A DNA stretch of 58,994 bases, filler included, from Jimgerdemannia flammicorona (GCA_003990765.1; 2 parts of 2 records of this genome joined end to end with filler, not necessarily neighbours in it), one strand, 5' to 3'. Shown: positions 10,466 through 24,244, counted from the first letter of the whole stretch. Made by a program: numbers and translations. The notes: generated from the letters alone by a model not told the origin.

Positions 10466-12605
10466 AACAAACCTCTTAGTCAAAAGGTCACCACTATGAA
10501 GAAAGATGATGAAAACTAGTATAAGAAAATTGCAGATGGTTATGTGCCATGTAGATAATACCCTCATTCTATCTGAATATATCATATAGAATATTTTGGT
10601 GAATAACATGTATACCTCTCTAAAGTTTTCAAAATCAACTCTGAAAGATGTCAAGCCCAACAGACTGAGGAATCCAAACAAGACCACTCTCCTTATAAAG
10701 GATAGGAATAAACTGACTTTGAGGAGACTGATAGTAATTGGGACAATAATGAGGATAAAGAGCTCAATACTATCAAGAAGGAGGACAGTTGTATCAAATT
10801 CACAGGCCAAGTCTACAGACAGAATGTCAGTGTCTTACTTGACAGTAATGCTATTGGAAACTATATCAGTATTAGGACAGCCAAGAAGATTGGAGTCTGA
10901 AGCAGACCAGCTACCAAGAAAAGGAGTATTATTTTTGGTAATAGTAAGATTGCACCACTAACTAAGATCTATAAAGATCTATTGCTTAATATTGGCAAAT
11001 ATTAAGAGAAGTTGGACTTCAGTATTATAGATCTTCCAGAATAAGACATTATTCTAGGAAAAGCCTGATTGACCCAGTATAACCCAGATATCAACTGAAG
11101 GACCAATGAGGTTAATCTGATCTATGAAGACAGAAAGATCACTCTAGCACTCTAGAAAGATACTAATCATCAAGGAATCAAAATCATCTCTACCATTCAA
11201 ATAAAGAGACTCTCCCAAAAAAAAAGGAAACACCTACTTCATCTGTACTATATAAGAAGTCACCAAAGCTCTGAGTAGCCCAATCCCAACAGAAGCTCAA
11301 CAACTATTTGAGAAATTCTAAGATATATTTCAAGACCCCCAAGGACTTCCACCTAAGTGTTAAATCCAACATAGAATTGATCTTATTCCAGAATCTGAAC
11401 CTCCATACAAGAATATGTATTAACTGGCCCAACCTGAACTTAAGACCCTCAAGGATGAGTTGATCAAACTATTGGCCTAAGAATATATTGAACCCAGCTG
11501 CTCTCTCTTTGGAGTCTCCATTCTGTTTGTCAAGAAGAAGGGTGGCTCTCTGCAAATGTATATTAACTATAGAGCCCTCAATAAGATCACTATTAAGAAC
11601 CAATATACCTTATCTAGGATTGATGAGTTGTTGTACCAAATCTTCAAGGCCAAGACCTTTTCCCTACTAGATCTATGAAATGACTATCACCAGATTCTCA
11701 TTGATGAGAAAAATATTAAAAAAACAGCTTTCTGAATATGATTTAGATACTATCAGTTCTGAGTTATATCTTTTGGTTTGACTAATATATCAGCAACATT
11801 TTAGTATCTGATAAATGATATCTTTGGACCACTTCTCAATATTTATGTCCTTATATATATTGATAATATACTAATCAACAGTGAAACAGTAGAGTTACAC
11901 TATACCCACCTCAGATAGGTACTGACCCTTCTGTGAGAACACTAGCTCTATGTCAAGTTAAGTAAGTATAAGTTCTATCAAGATCAGATTGAGTATCTAG
12001 GACATATCATCTCTGCTGAAGATATCAATGTAGACCCTCAAAAGGTATCAGCTCTTAAGGATATTCCCATCTCTACTACCCTCAAGCAACTCCAGTGCTT
12101 TCTGGATATTGCCAGTTACTACCAAAGGTTTATCTAAGGATACTCTACTATTGTAGCCCCACTGACCAGCCTAGCCCACAAAAGAGTGGACATTAAGACT
12201 GAATAGATCCTTGAGTATACTCAGGCTATAGACTACCTTAAGAGACTTCTTATCAAGGCTCCCATACTAATTATATCTGACCCTACTAGGCCATTTACTC
12301 TGACTATAGATATCTCTGATATTGCCATTGGGGTAGTGCTCAGCTAAAAAGATCACCCAGTAGTCTATCTTTCTCAAAAGCTTAAGCCAGCTGAGATCCG
12401 GTATACCATCTATGAGAAGGAACTCCTGGCCATTATTACTGCACTCTAGAAATAGTGACATTTCCTTTTAGAATAACTATTTATAGCCTATACTGATCAC
12501 TATACTCTGCAATACATTCACATATAGTCCATACTGTCCCACAGACAAGTCTGCTGGATAGAAATCATGGTCAACTTTAATATAAAAATCAAGTATATCT
12601 CAGGT

Positions 12606-15600
12606 CACACACCTTTCTCAGCTAATATTCATGTTATACACACTTTACAACACACTCTCAAGTTATTTATTGGAGAAAGGTGATAAGGAAATGGCAAACA
12701 ACAAGCATTCTGGGGTGTGTACTAGGCAGGGCAGCCCTAGCGCATTCAACTAGCAGCAGGTGGGGAGAGGTCCTGGCCTGGGGGGTGGTATGAGAGGGCT
12801 GTTGGCAAGAGAATGAGGAGGAGGTGGAGACAGCAGTGGAGGACAGGTGTCTGGGAGGGTGAGCTTTGCAGAGATAGTAAAGGGGAGGCAGCAGATAATA
12901 GGGCTGGAGGATTGGCTGAGGAAAGGTAAGGAGATGGAGACAATGACAGTTCACAGGAGAGTAGCACTTGGGGGTGAGGGCAGTGGAGCTGGGGGAGTAG
13001 TGGCTGGGGGGGTGTGATGGCTGATGGTGACAGGACTGCCAATCTAGAAAAAAATCCAGATGTGACAGCTAATGGTATGGCTGAGCAACTGAGGCTTAGA
13101 AGGCAGGGAGATTTGGCAGATGGTATGATGGGCCTAATGGTGGTGCTATTACTCAAGAAATCAATCTTGGTGTTTGCAGTGACATTGTGCTTCCAGGGCC
13201 TGGTGGTGATGGTGAAAATGGTATTGGGGCTTATTGCTAAGCAGGTGGCTAGAGCAGTATCTGTGAAGTTCCTGAAGGGATTGGAGGGAGTAGAGGTGGG
13301 TTTTGAGAAGGCTAAGCCCCAGGAGGAAGCACTGAAGATTGGATTGATTGTTAAGAAGATATGTGTCCTGATGGTATGCTGTCTGAAATGGGACCCCAGA
13401 GTGGTCCAACTGCTGGTGAAAGGAGTGCCCACAGTGATGGCAGTGGAGATGAGAAGGAGAGTCAAAGAGGTCATGGCAGAGTATGGTGAGGTAGTGGATA
13501 TTGGGTTCAGGGTCTGGGAAGGGACCTCACTCAGAACTGGAGATGTGGATGTGCAGATTTGGCTAGTAGGAAAAGAAGCCACAGGGAAGACAAGGGACTG
13601 GCCTTCAGTGATGGTCTGAGGGGTGATCTTATGCAAGATGACAAGGGTGAAGGGGAGTGAGGAGGAGGAAGAGAACTTGCTAGAGATACTGGAAGAGATG
13701 AGTGGAGTGGCGAAGCAGCAGGCAAAGGCTTAGAGGTCCTTTGTGGAGTTGACATACTTGAAGATAGTAGATGGGAAGAGGATCAGAGTGGACAAGAGGC
13801 AATGAGAAAAAGCTCAGAGTCATAAACATCAGAAGGAGTTACTTGTTAAGATGGAGAGTTGATTGCTAAAGGAGGTAGGTGGAATGGTGGAACCAGGGGG
13901 TACCAAGGTGAGTGTCTGGGCCAGTGAGAAGGGTGGGAGTGTAGGGAAAGAAACAGAGGAGGACAGGAAAGCAGCTGGTGGTGACCCATATGCTGATGGT
14001 ATGCTCAAGGTCTGGGAGGAGGACTGGGAGGGGTTGCCTACCCCTACCCCCCTCATCAGGCAAGGGCTGGCTTACCAGAGCAGGGCAGGAGAGGATGTGC
14101 TAATAAAGGGGGCCTAGCAAGTGCAATTTGGCATACCTGAGGTAGCAAATGGGGGACAGGTGGTGGCAGTTGGAGAGGAGGAATTGGTAGATGTCTCAGA
14201 GATATGAGATGAGGCTGTGAGTACCAGGGCTGATACCATGATGTTGGATAGTAGAAGACCAGCAACCTTGGGAGAGAAGGAGGTGGGAATGACTGGGTGC
14301 AAAGAGTCTGGCTGGCAAAAGTTTTGGATAGAATGGGGGTTCTGCATCAATTCCAGTCAGCAATGGTCAGCCTACTGGAAGGGAGTAGGGCTGCACTCAT
14401 GTGTAATGGACATAGAGGGGTAGCATTCCCCTTGGATAGTGGGGTGCCCCAGGGGGATCCATTGTCCCCCATTTTATATGCTCTTTTCCTGGAACCCCTT
14501 ATGGACAGAATTAGGTGGAGGATAGTGGGGCTCTCTGTCTTTGGCATAGGATGGAAAGTTGGGGCCTTTGCTGATGACATGGTGGTGGGTTTGGGTTTGA
14601 TTGCTGATGTTGAGGAGCTCAAGAAGACTGTGGAGTGGTATGAGGAGTACTCTGGAGCTAAGCTGAATTGGCATAAGTGTGAGATGATAGTGCTAGGCAA
14701 TGGCCTGGTGGGAGGGGAAGTTATAGGAACAATCGTCCCCACCGGTGAAGCAGTGCAGTACTTAGATATCTACTTGTCAGTCTATGGGTCAGTTCTGCCC
14801 AGGCTTTGGTGGGAGCAGAGGATTGGAATCTGGGAGGAGGCCCTGCAGAGTTGGGGGGGAAGATATTTTTCTCTGGCAGGGTGGGTCTCAATTTTGAATG
14901 TCTACTGGCTGCCAAAGTTGTAGTACCTGGCATATCATCTGGACTTCCCAGCCTGGGTGGTGAAGAGATTGATAAAGTTGGTGAAGGGATGAATTTGGAC
15001 TGGCAGGCAGAGTCAGATTAGTTGGGAGACCTTGTCCCTACCAGTGGCAAGAGATAGTCTTAGGCTGGTTGACTTTCCAAAACAGTTACACTGCTTGAGA
15101 GCATGGTGGCTGAAGAGGGCAGTGGAGTTGAGAGGAGGTAGATGGGTTTCTCTGCTACAGAAGATATGGGAGAGGTAGGCATCACTAAGGGGCTCAACTA
15201 GTGATCTCCTCTCCTTGGTTGGGCTTCAGAACACTGCCCAACTGCGATATAAAGGATTTTGGTGGGGGATTGCAGAAGGGGTGCACTGCATGGGTATTCA
15301 TTGGCAGGGGAATGAAGGAGAGGAGGATTGGGACCTGGCAATGTGGAGATGGAATCGTATACTGCTGGGTGGCACTCCTTTAATTGAGTTCAACATTAGT
15401 GATGGAATGGAATGCCAAAGGGGACCAGGCCAGGATCTGTGGCCTAGCAGTTGGCAAGGAGTTGGAATTGGCGAAGAGTGGAACAGGCATGGTATTTGGA
15501 TCTGGAGTGCTGCAGTGAGAACATGGCTGCTGCCAAAGTACTGGGTGGTCTGGTGGTGCATGCTGCAGAGGAATGTTATGCTCAACTTTTGCTCAGGGCA

Positions 15601-18600
15601 CCTTGTCATAGGGGATTGCTTTGACTGTGAGGAGTGCCATAATGTAGGGCAAGAGGGGGGTTATATACAGACACCAGAACATTGGCTAGAAGAGTGTGAG
15701 GTGTTGGGAGATTTTTGGCAGACAATTGAGAATCACTTGGGGGTACAGGGTAGGAGTGATAAAGTATGGGAGAGGTGGGAGAACTTGAGGGATAGATTGG
15801 TAGGGGGGATAGAGAAGGAGTGGCTTACTTTGGATTGGGCTTTGGCTATTTGGGTAGGGCTGGCCAGCCATTGGCTATTTGTTTTTGAGGATAGGAGGAG
15901 ACAGAGCTTGGGGGACCAGTTGCTGCAGTGGCATAGGCTTATGGAAGACACCTTAACAGGCTGGTGGCTGGGTTGGGAGATGTGGGGTGGTCAGAGGCGC
16001 TGCTTGGTGGAGAAAATCTGTGGGCAAAGTGGGGGGAGAGTGGGGGTAGTTGGTGAAAGGGTGATTTTCATTCATGAGAAAGTAGGGAGGGGCCCCTCTG
16101 TGGGGATTGGATAGTGGGTAGGAATAATATATATTTATTCATAGACTGGTAATAAAGGTAGAGTCCAAGTAACTATAAAAAAAAAGAAAGAGAAGGAGGT
16201 GGGAAATCTACTTTGGATGTGCAGGATGATGAATAACCTGGCAGCTGAAGAGCTTGGGGAGGTGGACTTGAGGGTGATAAGTGATGAGTATAGGGCATGG
16301 GTATTGCAGAGAGATAGTGTGGAGTTGGTATTGAAGGCAGAGATCCTTGCAGTATATCTGGAGGAGGAAGGGTATGAGGTGGATAAGGAGTGAGAGGCTG
16401 AACTAGTAGAGGTTACTGGTGAGAGGGCCAAGTACTGTTGGGCCAAGCGACATGGGTTGTAGCTCTGGCAGGAGGCCTGTCTGGAATACTGAGAGGAGTT
16501 TGAGGAGAAGGCAGATGAAGAGATGAATGAGCTGTTGGCTGGATTGGAGGCTCAGAGGACTGAAGAGGAGGTGGTGACTGCAGAACATAATCTGGACATA
16601 GTACAGGAAGAGATGAACTTGGAGCAGTAGAGATAGACTGGATAAAACCACTATACTTCAATATGAATAGTACAATCAACATTTTTTCACTGAACATAAA
16701 TGGGTTATGGGGTACTTCTAGATGAAGGAACATTTTTACTTGGCTGAAGGGATTGGAGACTGATCTCTTCCTCTTGCAGGATGTCAGGTATGAAGATGAT
16801 TTGAATAAACTGGAATGAACAAAGAAATGGGGAGGTGAGGTAGTTTGGATGGGCAAGGTTAGGATTCTGATATAGAAAGGCAGAGGGGAGATAAGGGATA
16901 TGCAGAGCTGGGGGAATAGACTGGTCTGGGGTAAGTGGATATGTACTGGATAGGAGCCAATTACAGTGGGATCTTGTTACTGCCCTGCTATATAGGGTGA
17001 GTATATGGACTAGGTGAAGAGTCTTCAAGAGAGTAGAATACTTGCAGAGGCTGGGGTGGATGTACTGGGTGGAGACTTTAATATGATTTGAGAGGTACTA
17101 TTAGATAGAACAGATGGAGGACAAGGAGTTGAGGGTCAGAGTGGAGGGCTGGTGGCATGAGAGGAAGTGGAAAGGCTGAGTGCTCTGATGGATGCAGGTA
17201 GGAAGTACTGGGGAGATAGGAGAATATACATGCATTAGGCAGAAGGCTTGGAAACAAGAATTGATTGGATTCTGATGGCCAGCTGCTGGGGTTTGGATGT
17301 TTGGAGGTCACTGGAGGTGGAATGGTGTCCTTGGTCAGATCATTGAGGGATTCTTAGACAGGGTCAGTTTGGGGGAAGTGGGGATGGGCCTGGACATTGG
17401 CACCTCAATTCCTCCTTATTAGATGATAGGATCTGGTGAGATGGGTGGGCTGCAGACATTCAGCTACAGGTAGAGTGTTGGAGGCAGGAAGGTACCCCAG
17501 TGGGTATTTGGTAGATGAGGATAAAGGAGATGGCCAAGACATACTGGAGTGAGGCTGGCAAGGAGGCTGAGAAACAGAGAAGGCAAAAGGTGAGATGGGC
17601 TTCTAGTAGACTGTCTAGGCTCTTAGGAGATTGGGCAAGACTGATGACATTGGAGAGGGAGGAGAATTGGAGGTCCATAAGAGTGAAAAAGGAGGTTGGT
17701 GAACTACAACAGATGCTGCAGGAGGAGGAAGAAGTGAGGGTGAAGGGCTTGGCAGCTAGGCTATATTGGCAGGGTTTGGAAGAAGAGAAGAGGCCCTCTA
17801 AGTTTCTCATGAGGGCCTTTCAGGCAAGGAGAGTGCAACAAAGGTGAGAGGGAGTGCTCAACTCTGATGGTATTCTGGTCCATAGTATTTAAGATATTCT
17901 TGGATCTTTAAAGGAGCACTGGAGTGGATTGTGGAGTGAGGAGAAGGGTGGGGTAGATGCCAATGTGATTGGCTGTGTATTAGAAGATTGGTAATCTCTA
18001 CAAGTAGATGAGATGGGTGACTTGGTATTGCCAGTCCAAGAGGAGGAGATCTGCCAGGTTCTCACCATGACAATGCTGGGTATGGCACCTGGAGAAGATG
18101 GTTTGCCCTGGGATTTCTTGAAGAAAATGGTTGGGAACTGAGTGAGATGATAGTATTGTGTGATCTTATTCTACAGACAGGAAGATGGGTGGGGGAATAG
18201 GATCTGGGATTGGTGATATTGCTCTACAAGAACAAAGAAAGGTAAGAGGACTGGAAGAACTGGAGGCCAATTATGCTCTTGGATATAGACAGAAAGTTGG
18301 TTACTAAGGTGGTGGTTGTGAGGCTACAAATGGTGGCACAGCAAATCTTAGGCATTGAGCAGAGGGGCTTTGTAGAGAGATGGCTCATTAGGGATGGCAC
18401 AGCCTGGGTACATGGAGTTATTGAAGGGGCATGAGCTTGTGGATTGGATGGGTGCCTGGTCTTCTTGGATCAGGAGAAGGCTTATGACCAGGTGAGATGA
18501 GTCTGGCTGGTGAAAGTTTTGGATAGGGCTGGGGTTCTGCACCAGTTCCAGTCAGCAATGGTCAGTCTACTGGAAGAGAGTAGGGTGGCACTCATGTGTA

Positions 18601-20369
18601 ATGGACATCAAGGAGTGGCTTTTCCCCTAGGTAGGGGGGTGCTCCAGAGGGACCCATTGTCCCCCATTTTGTATGTCCTTTCTCTGAAACTGCTACTGGT
18701 TAGAATTAGGCAGAAGATAGTGGAGCTCTCTATCTTTAGCATTGGGTAGAAGGTAGGGGCCTTTGTAGATGATATAGTGGTTGGACTGGGATCAATTGCT
18801 GATGTCAAGGAGCTTAAGGAGATAGTGGAGTGGTATGAGGAGAACTCTGGGGTGAGACTTAATTAATATAAGTGTGAAACAATGGTGTTAGGCAATGGTC
18901 TGGTGGGCAGGGAGATTATTGGAACAATTATCCCTGCTGATGAGGCAGTGTGGTACTTGGATATCTATCTATCAGTATATAGATCAGTACTACCCAGGCT
19001 TTGATGGGAGCAGTAGGTTGGTATCTGGGGGGAGGCCCTGCAGAGTTGGGGGGGCTGTCAATTGTCTCTGGCAGGGTGTGTTACAATTTTGAACATCTAC
19101 TGGCTGCTGAAGTTGTAGTATCTGACATATCATCTGGACTTCCCATTCTGGGTAGTGAAGCAGCTGATGAAGCTTGCCAAGGGATGGATCTGGGCTGGAA
19201 GGAGGAGTCAGATAATCTGGGAGGTCTTATCCTTACTAGTGGCAAGTGATGGACTGGGACTAGTTGACTTTCCGAAGAGGCTACACTGCTTGAGAGTTTG
19301 GTGGTTGAAGAGAGCCATAGAATTGAGAGGGGGTGGTTGAGTTCTCCTATTGCAGAAGGTTTGGGAGAGGCAGTCCTCACCAAGAGGCTCAACTGGTGAT
19401 CTCTTATCTTTGGTTGGACTTCAGAACACTAATCAATTGTGGTATAAAGGATTCTGGTGAGGGATAGCAGAGGGGGAATACCACATCAGGATCTGTTGGC
19501 AGGGGAATGAAGGAGAGGAGGATTGGGACCCAGTGATGTGGAGATGAGACTGGGTGCTACTGGGTGGCATCCCATTACTTGAGTTTGACATTAGTGATGG
19601 AATGGACTGCTAGAGGGGACCAGGTCAGGATCTGTGGCCCAGTGGTTGGCAAGGTGTAGGAATTGGCAAGAAGTGGGACTGATGTAACATTTGAACATGG
19701 AGTGCTGAGGTGAGAAGATGGATGCTGCTGAAGTACTGAGTGACTTGGTGGCACATGCTGAGGAGGAATATCATGCTCAATTATCACTTGGGTTACCTTG
19801 TTGAGGGGGGTTGTTTTGATTGTGAGGAGTGCTATAATGTAGGATAAGAAGGGGATTATATACAGATACCTGAACATTGGCTAGAGGAGTGTGAGGTACT
19901 TAGTGACTTTTGGCAGACTATTGGGGATCATTTGGGGGTAAGGGGCAGGAGAACTGGTGTGTGGAGGCAGTGGGAGAATTTGAGAATCAGACTGGTAGAG
20001 GGGGTGAGAAAGGAATGGCTCATGCTAGGCTGGGCTCTGGCCATTTGGGTTGGGTTGGCTGGTCACTAGTTATTTGTTTTCAAGGATGGGAGGAGACTGG
20101 GCTTAGAGGTCTGGCTGCAGCAGTGGCATAGCCTTATAGAGGATACCTTGATGGGCTGGTGGCTTGGTTGGGAGATACCAGGGGGCTGGAGGTATCATCT
20201 GGTGGAGAAAATTTGTAGGCAGAGTGGGAGAAGGGTAGGAGTGGTGGGGAGAAGGTGGTCTTTGCTTGGGTTGGGGTGGGGAGAGGCCCCCCTATGGAGA
20301 TTGGGTAGTGGAAGGAAGACTGTATATTTAACAATAGACTGGTAATAAATGGCAGAGTCCAAGTAATTA

Positions 20370-20397
<28 letters not shown>
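12606..20397 (+). mobile_element. Apparently full-length L1/Tx1-like LINE (5'UTR, ORF1, APE-RT ORF2, polyA/(TA)n tail) inserted at the end of the Gypsy RNaseH
   Basis: TSD TATATCTCAGGT (12594-12605) / TATATCTCAGAT (20398-20409); removing the insert restores KYISGKTNYMADGFSR. ORF2 starts MNSTINIFSLNINGL (~16661) and contains GGDFN, SDH, PGEDG, LDQEKAYD, RDPLSP and FVDD. Confidence 0.9.
14290..16188 (+). mobile_element. 5'-truncated LINE of the same family, inserted in ORF1 of the larger LINE
   Basis: Exact 17-bp TSD AGAGAAGGAGGTGGGAA at 14273-14289 and 16189-16205. Contains PQGDPLSP, FADD, the C-terminal CxxC...TPEHWLEEC, AATAAA and a polyA tail. Confidence 0.92.
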
Positions 20398-20401
<4 letters not shown>

Positions 20402-23400
20402 TCTCAGATAAAACCAACTATATGGCTGATGGTTTCTCTAGATATATGGAAGATGAACTTGTCTTTATGGTCAAGATAATTAGAGACCTTACCCAGATGA
20501 TTAAGGATAGTTATTAACAAGACAGCCTCTTGGTGAAATTCCTTCAATTCTGCCAAGACCCAGAGACCAAAGTCCCAGAATCTATGAGGCAAATGTCTAA
20601 GAGATTCACTTACCAAGATAGACTTATCTACAGAGACCATAACAGAGTAGTTATACCTAACAATGATACTCTGCAACTTAAGATTATGCAGGAACTCTAT
20701 GATACTCCTGCAGTAGGACACTTTGATTTCAAAAAAATCTATAACCTCCGCTCAAGAGAGTTCTACTGGCCAAAGATAAACAAGGACATTAAAGACTTTA
20801 TAATCTTATGTAAGATATGTCAAAGGTTCAAAAGTAGTAACAAGCTACCCACAGGACTTCTGCAATCTCTGCCTATCTCAAGTCACAACTGAGGCCAGAT
20901 TGTAATAGACTTTATTATCCAGCTCTCCAAGACTAAGGCAGGATGGGATGCCATTATAGTATTTGTGAACTACTTAAGCAAATAAGCCCATTTTGCATCC
21001 ATTAAGACCACTGTGACAGTACCAGAGATTGCTAAGATTTTCCTCAACCAAGTATTCAGACTATATGACATATCTAGTACTATTGTATCTGACTGGGATA
21101 TAAAGTTTATAAGCAACTTCTGGAAGGCATTCTTCTCTCTCCATAGAACCAAGCTGAAGTTCTCTACTGTCTACCACCTCCAGACTGATGGTCAAACTAA
21201 GAAAACTAACAGAACTCTTAAGCAGATGCTTAATATCTTCTGTTGTTATAAGCAAAATGATTGGAATAAGTACCTAGCCCATGCTGAGTTTGTCTACAAC
21301 AATAGTTAGCAAACCTTTATAAAGAAGACTCCATTCTTTCTGAACTATAGTCAATACTCAAGGACCCTAAGCACCACTGTGAAATCAGCAGTTTCAGCAG
21401 CCCAAGATTTGGCCAAGACCATTTCTGATATTACTCAAATAACAAGAGATGCTCTCATAGAAGTATAGAACTATCAGACCAAGTATACAAACTTGAAGTG
21501 AAGAGAAGTCTCCTACAATATTAGTGACATAGTCATACTTAGAATAGACCACCTCTACTCAGATACCCTAGCACAACAACTAGCTAAGAAACTCTGTACT
21601 AGAATTATTAGACCATATAAGATTGTGAAAAAAGTCAGTGAAGTCAACTACAAGTTACAACTCCCCTACAATATTCAAGTACACTCAGTATTCCATATCA
21701 GTCAACTGGTGGACTACCATGAGAACTAATTCTCTAAGCATATAGTTCTACCACTACCACCAATTAGGATCAATGATTATAAGAAATTCAAAATTGAGAA
21801 AGTACTTGACCACAAGGTCTACAAATATCCCAAAATATTCAAGCAGTTTTTCCTCATCAAGTAGAAGAGTTATCCCAACCATGATGCTACCTGGGAAAAA
21901 GAAAAAGCTCTGAAGAATATATATGAAGCCCTCCAGAACTATATAGAAACACTCACTCCTTAGTAAAGAAAGAAATTACAGCTCTAAGGCTTAAAGCACA
22001 TAGTAATAAAAGAAGACACCATATATTTATCTGAAATATACAATACTGAACATTACAGAAAAAGGAATACTATAACTAATCAATAAGGAAGATACTCAGA
22101 CAAAGAATAAATTCAGTATGATATAGTAAAATACATTTGAACAACTCTATTTTATACTATCTGTATCATCTCTGCTGGATAATGATAGATACTTCATATG
22201 GAACTTAGAAAAGCCAACAATGTCAAAACCAATCTAAGTCCATCTACATGACAGATATTGTTACTAGGAATTGCCTTAAATTATAAGAAATACTATTTCT
22301 GAGAGATTTGAACTTCCAGCCATAACAATGAGAGCCCTCACCCTAGACAAGGATGGCCAGTTCTTGTAAATATACCAACCAGATAAAAAAAAAGAGAACC
22401 AAGATCTGTCAACTCTGTGTAACTACAACTGTAAGTAGCAATATCTTTGAAATTAGGATTTTCTCAGGTGACTAGTATATACTCTGCTTACAGCAACAGA
22501 TCACACATTCTGCTAAAAAGCATAATTATATCAAGATCATACCAGACTGACAAATAAGTATAAATATCCAAAGCAAGAATACACCACAACCCTTATCTCT
22601 CTCTCTTCTCACAAAGAAAAGACAAGACAAGAATGCCTGTTATCTACTGCTAAACTGCCTGCTATAGCCACTCTCTCCCAAGCCAGATTGACCACCTCTT
22701 TGGACACATTCAGATTGCTATTCAAGGAAGAAACTGCTGCTCTGAGACTCTTAACCTCTCCAGCTAGGACCTAGAATATTATGTTCTCAATTGCTATAAA
22801 GTCATTGAAAGGGCCTACCTTGCTACCAGCTGCCTAGAGATCTGGTATAAATACAAAATTGGCTACCAACTTCTCTAATATGCAAAGAACCTACTTATTG
22901 ACCAGATCTCAGACTAGACTCACCTAGACAGACACAAGCAAAGACTAACCAAGAAGGTCTATCAAATCATGTGCTATATACCTGAAGGATTTCCAGAACC
23001 TCTTCTTCTCTAAGATTGATGAGCTAGAGATCAAGGTAGCCCAAGAAGCTAACTTCTGAATTATCCTCAAGTCTACTAACTGTAAACTCCACTGGAGCTC
23101 CCTTCTGAATGACAATTCCAACCAATGGCTCCAGGATCTCTCTGATCTCTTTGAAGGACCACCTATCTGAATGGATATCCCCAGGTATAAGAATCAAGAA
23201 CCCTACTTAGATGGTCCCAACTGCATTCAATAGAGAACCCCTATACTAATACCCATACCAATTCAAGAATCATTTGCAGACCTCATTAACTTCTTTATCC
23301 TGAACTTCAAACTATTAGCAACTACTCCCTCAGCCACTAGAGAAGAAGATAACAATACTGAGAAGGATTCCCCACCTTTCTTTCCTCTGGTTCTCAATTT

Positions 23401-23426
23401 CCAAATCAATAAGAATGTTGATTTTT

Positions 23427-23439
23427 AAGAAGAGAAGAA
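23427..23439 (+). promoter_or_regulatory. Polypurine tract of the chromovirus
   Basis: AAGAAGAGAAGAA immediately precedes the 3' LTR. Confidence 0.8.
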
Positions 23440-24239
23440 TATAATAGAATGAATAAGTAAATAGATAAGATGTGATAAGTGATCATGCAATAAGTAATCA
23501 TGTGACCCAGTGATGATATCATCATATAATTGAGTATGACATATGATATTATGAATGATGAATATAATGAATAATGTGAATGATACAAAAAATAATATCC
23601 AGTTTACCTCTAGCAATCAGTACTACAGTAATTATTACCACAGCAGCTAATCATTGCCTAGTAATTGAGGTCTTAATCACAAAGTGTTTTTTGCCACAAA
23701 TTATCTAACAAAGGTCATGATTACAAACCTCACTATAGTTACCAAATTAGTCACTTATACTTAGTCAGAAATCACAGACCAACTTATATAAATATCCTCT
23801 AGTTTCCATCTGAAATAAAGCAGTTTAGTTCAATCTTTGATATAAGAATCAAGTCCCCCCCCCCATATATACATATTTTTCTGAGTTTTAATAATAATAC
23901 CTAAGTGACTCTAGTATTTCTGACTAAACTCCAGAAGTCTAGCTAACTTCTGCCTGAACTGAGACTAGTATACAAATTACAAAAAACTTAAGTAAATCTA
24001 TTGAATCTGAATTCCAAGATGAATTCAGTCTGTGTACAGTAAAGAATAAGACCCTTGAAAGATAGGGTAAATAAGAAAGACCTTTGAAAGATAAGATACT
24101 GCCACTATAACTACTTTCAAGTAAACACTTCCTCAAACTGAAGGCTTCTTGGTACACACCATGTACTAAGTCTTTAAGTAATACTCATTTCCCTAAGTAT
24201 CTAAAGGATCAGAGAGAGATAGAAATAAAAGTTATTATA
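23440..24239 (+). repeat. 3' LTR of the chromovirus
   Basis: TATAATAGAATG...GTTATTATA; aligns with the 5' LTR almost entirely through C>T and G>A differences. Confidence 0.92.
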
Positions 24240-24244
24240 CAGAC

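Larger units (their letters stand above)
7316..24239 (+). mobile_element. Full-length degenerate Ty3/Gypsy chromovirus: LTR-gag-dUTPase-PR-RT-RNaseH-IN-chromodomain-extra region-LTR, with a 7.8-kb nested LINE
   Basis: Two alignable ~0.8-kb LTRs and a TSD of CGGAC (7311-7315) / CAGAC (24240-24244). Motifs: zinc knuckle CFIYKKAGHISVRC (~9920), PR LLDSNAIG (~10835), RT LFVKKKGGSL..YRALN..YIDN, RNaseH YEKELLAII, IN GH...FYWP...CKICQ and IVSDWD, GPY/F-like module HSVFHISQL, chromodomain IEKVLDH...DATWE (~21785-21950). Confidence 0.93.

Noticed and set aside
12746..13636. 296-aa minus-strand ORF and similar antisense ORFs in LINEs
   Set aside because: These are shadow frames of G-rich LINE sense strands, with no recognisable motifs.
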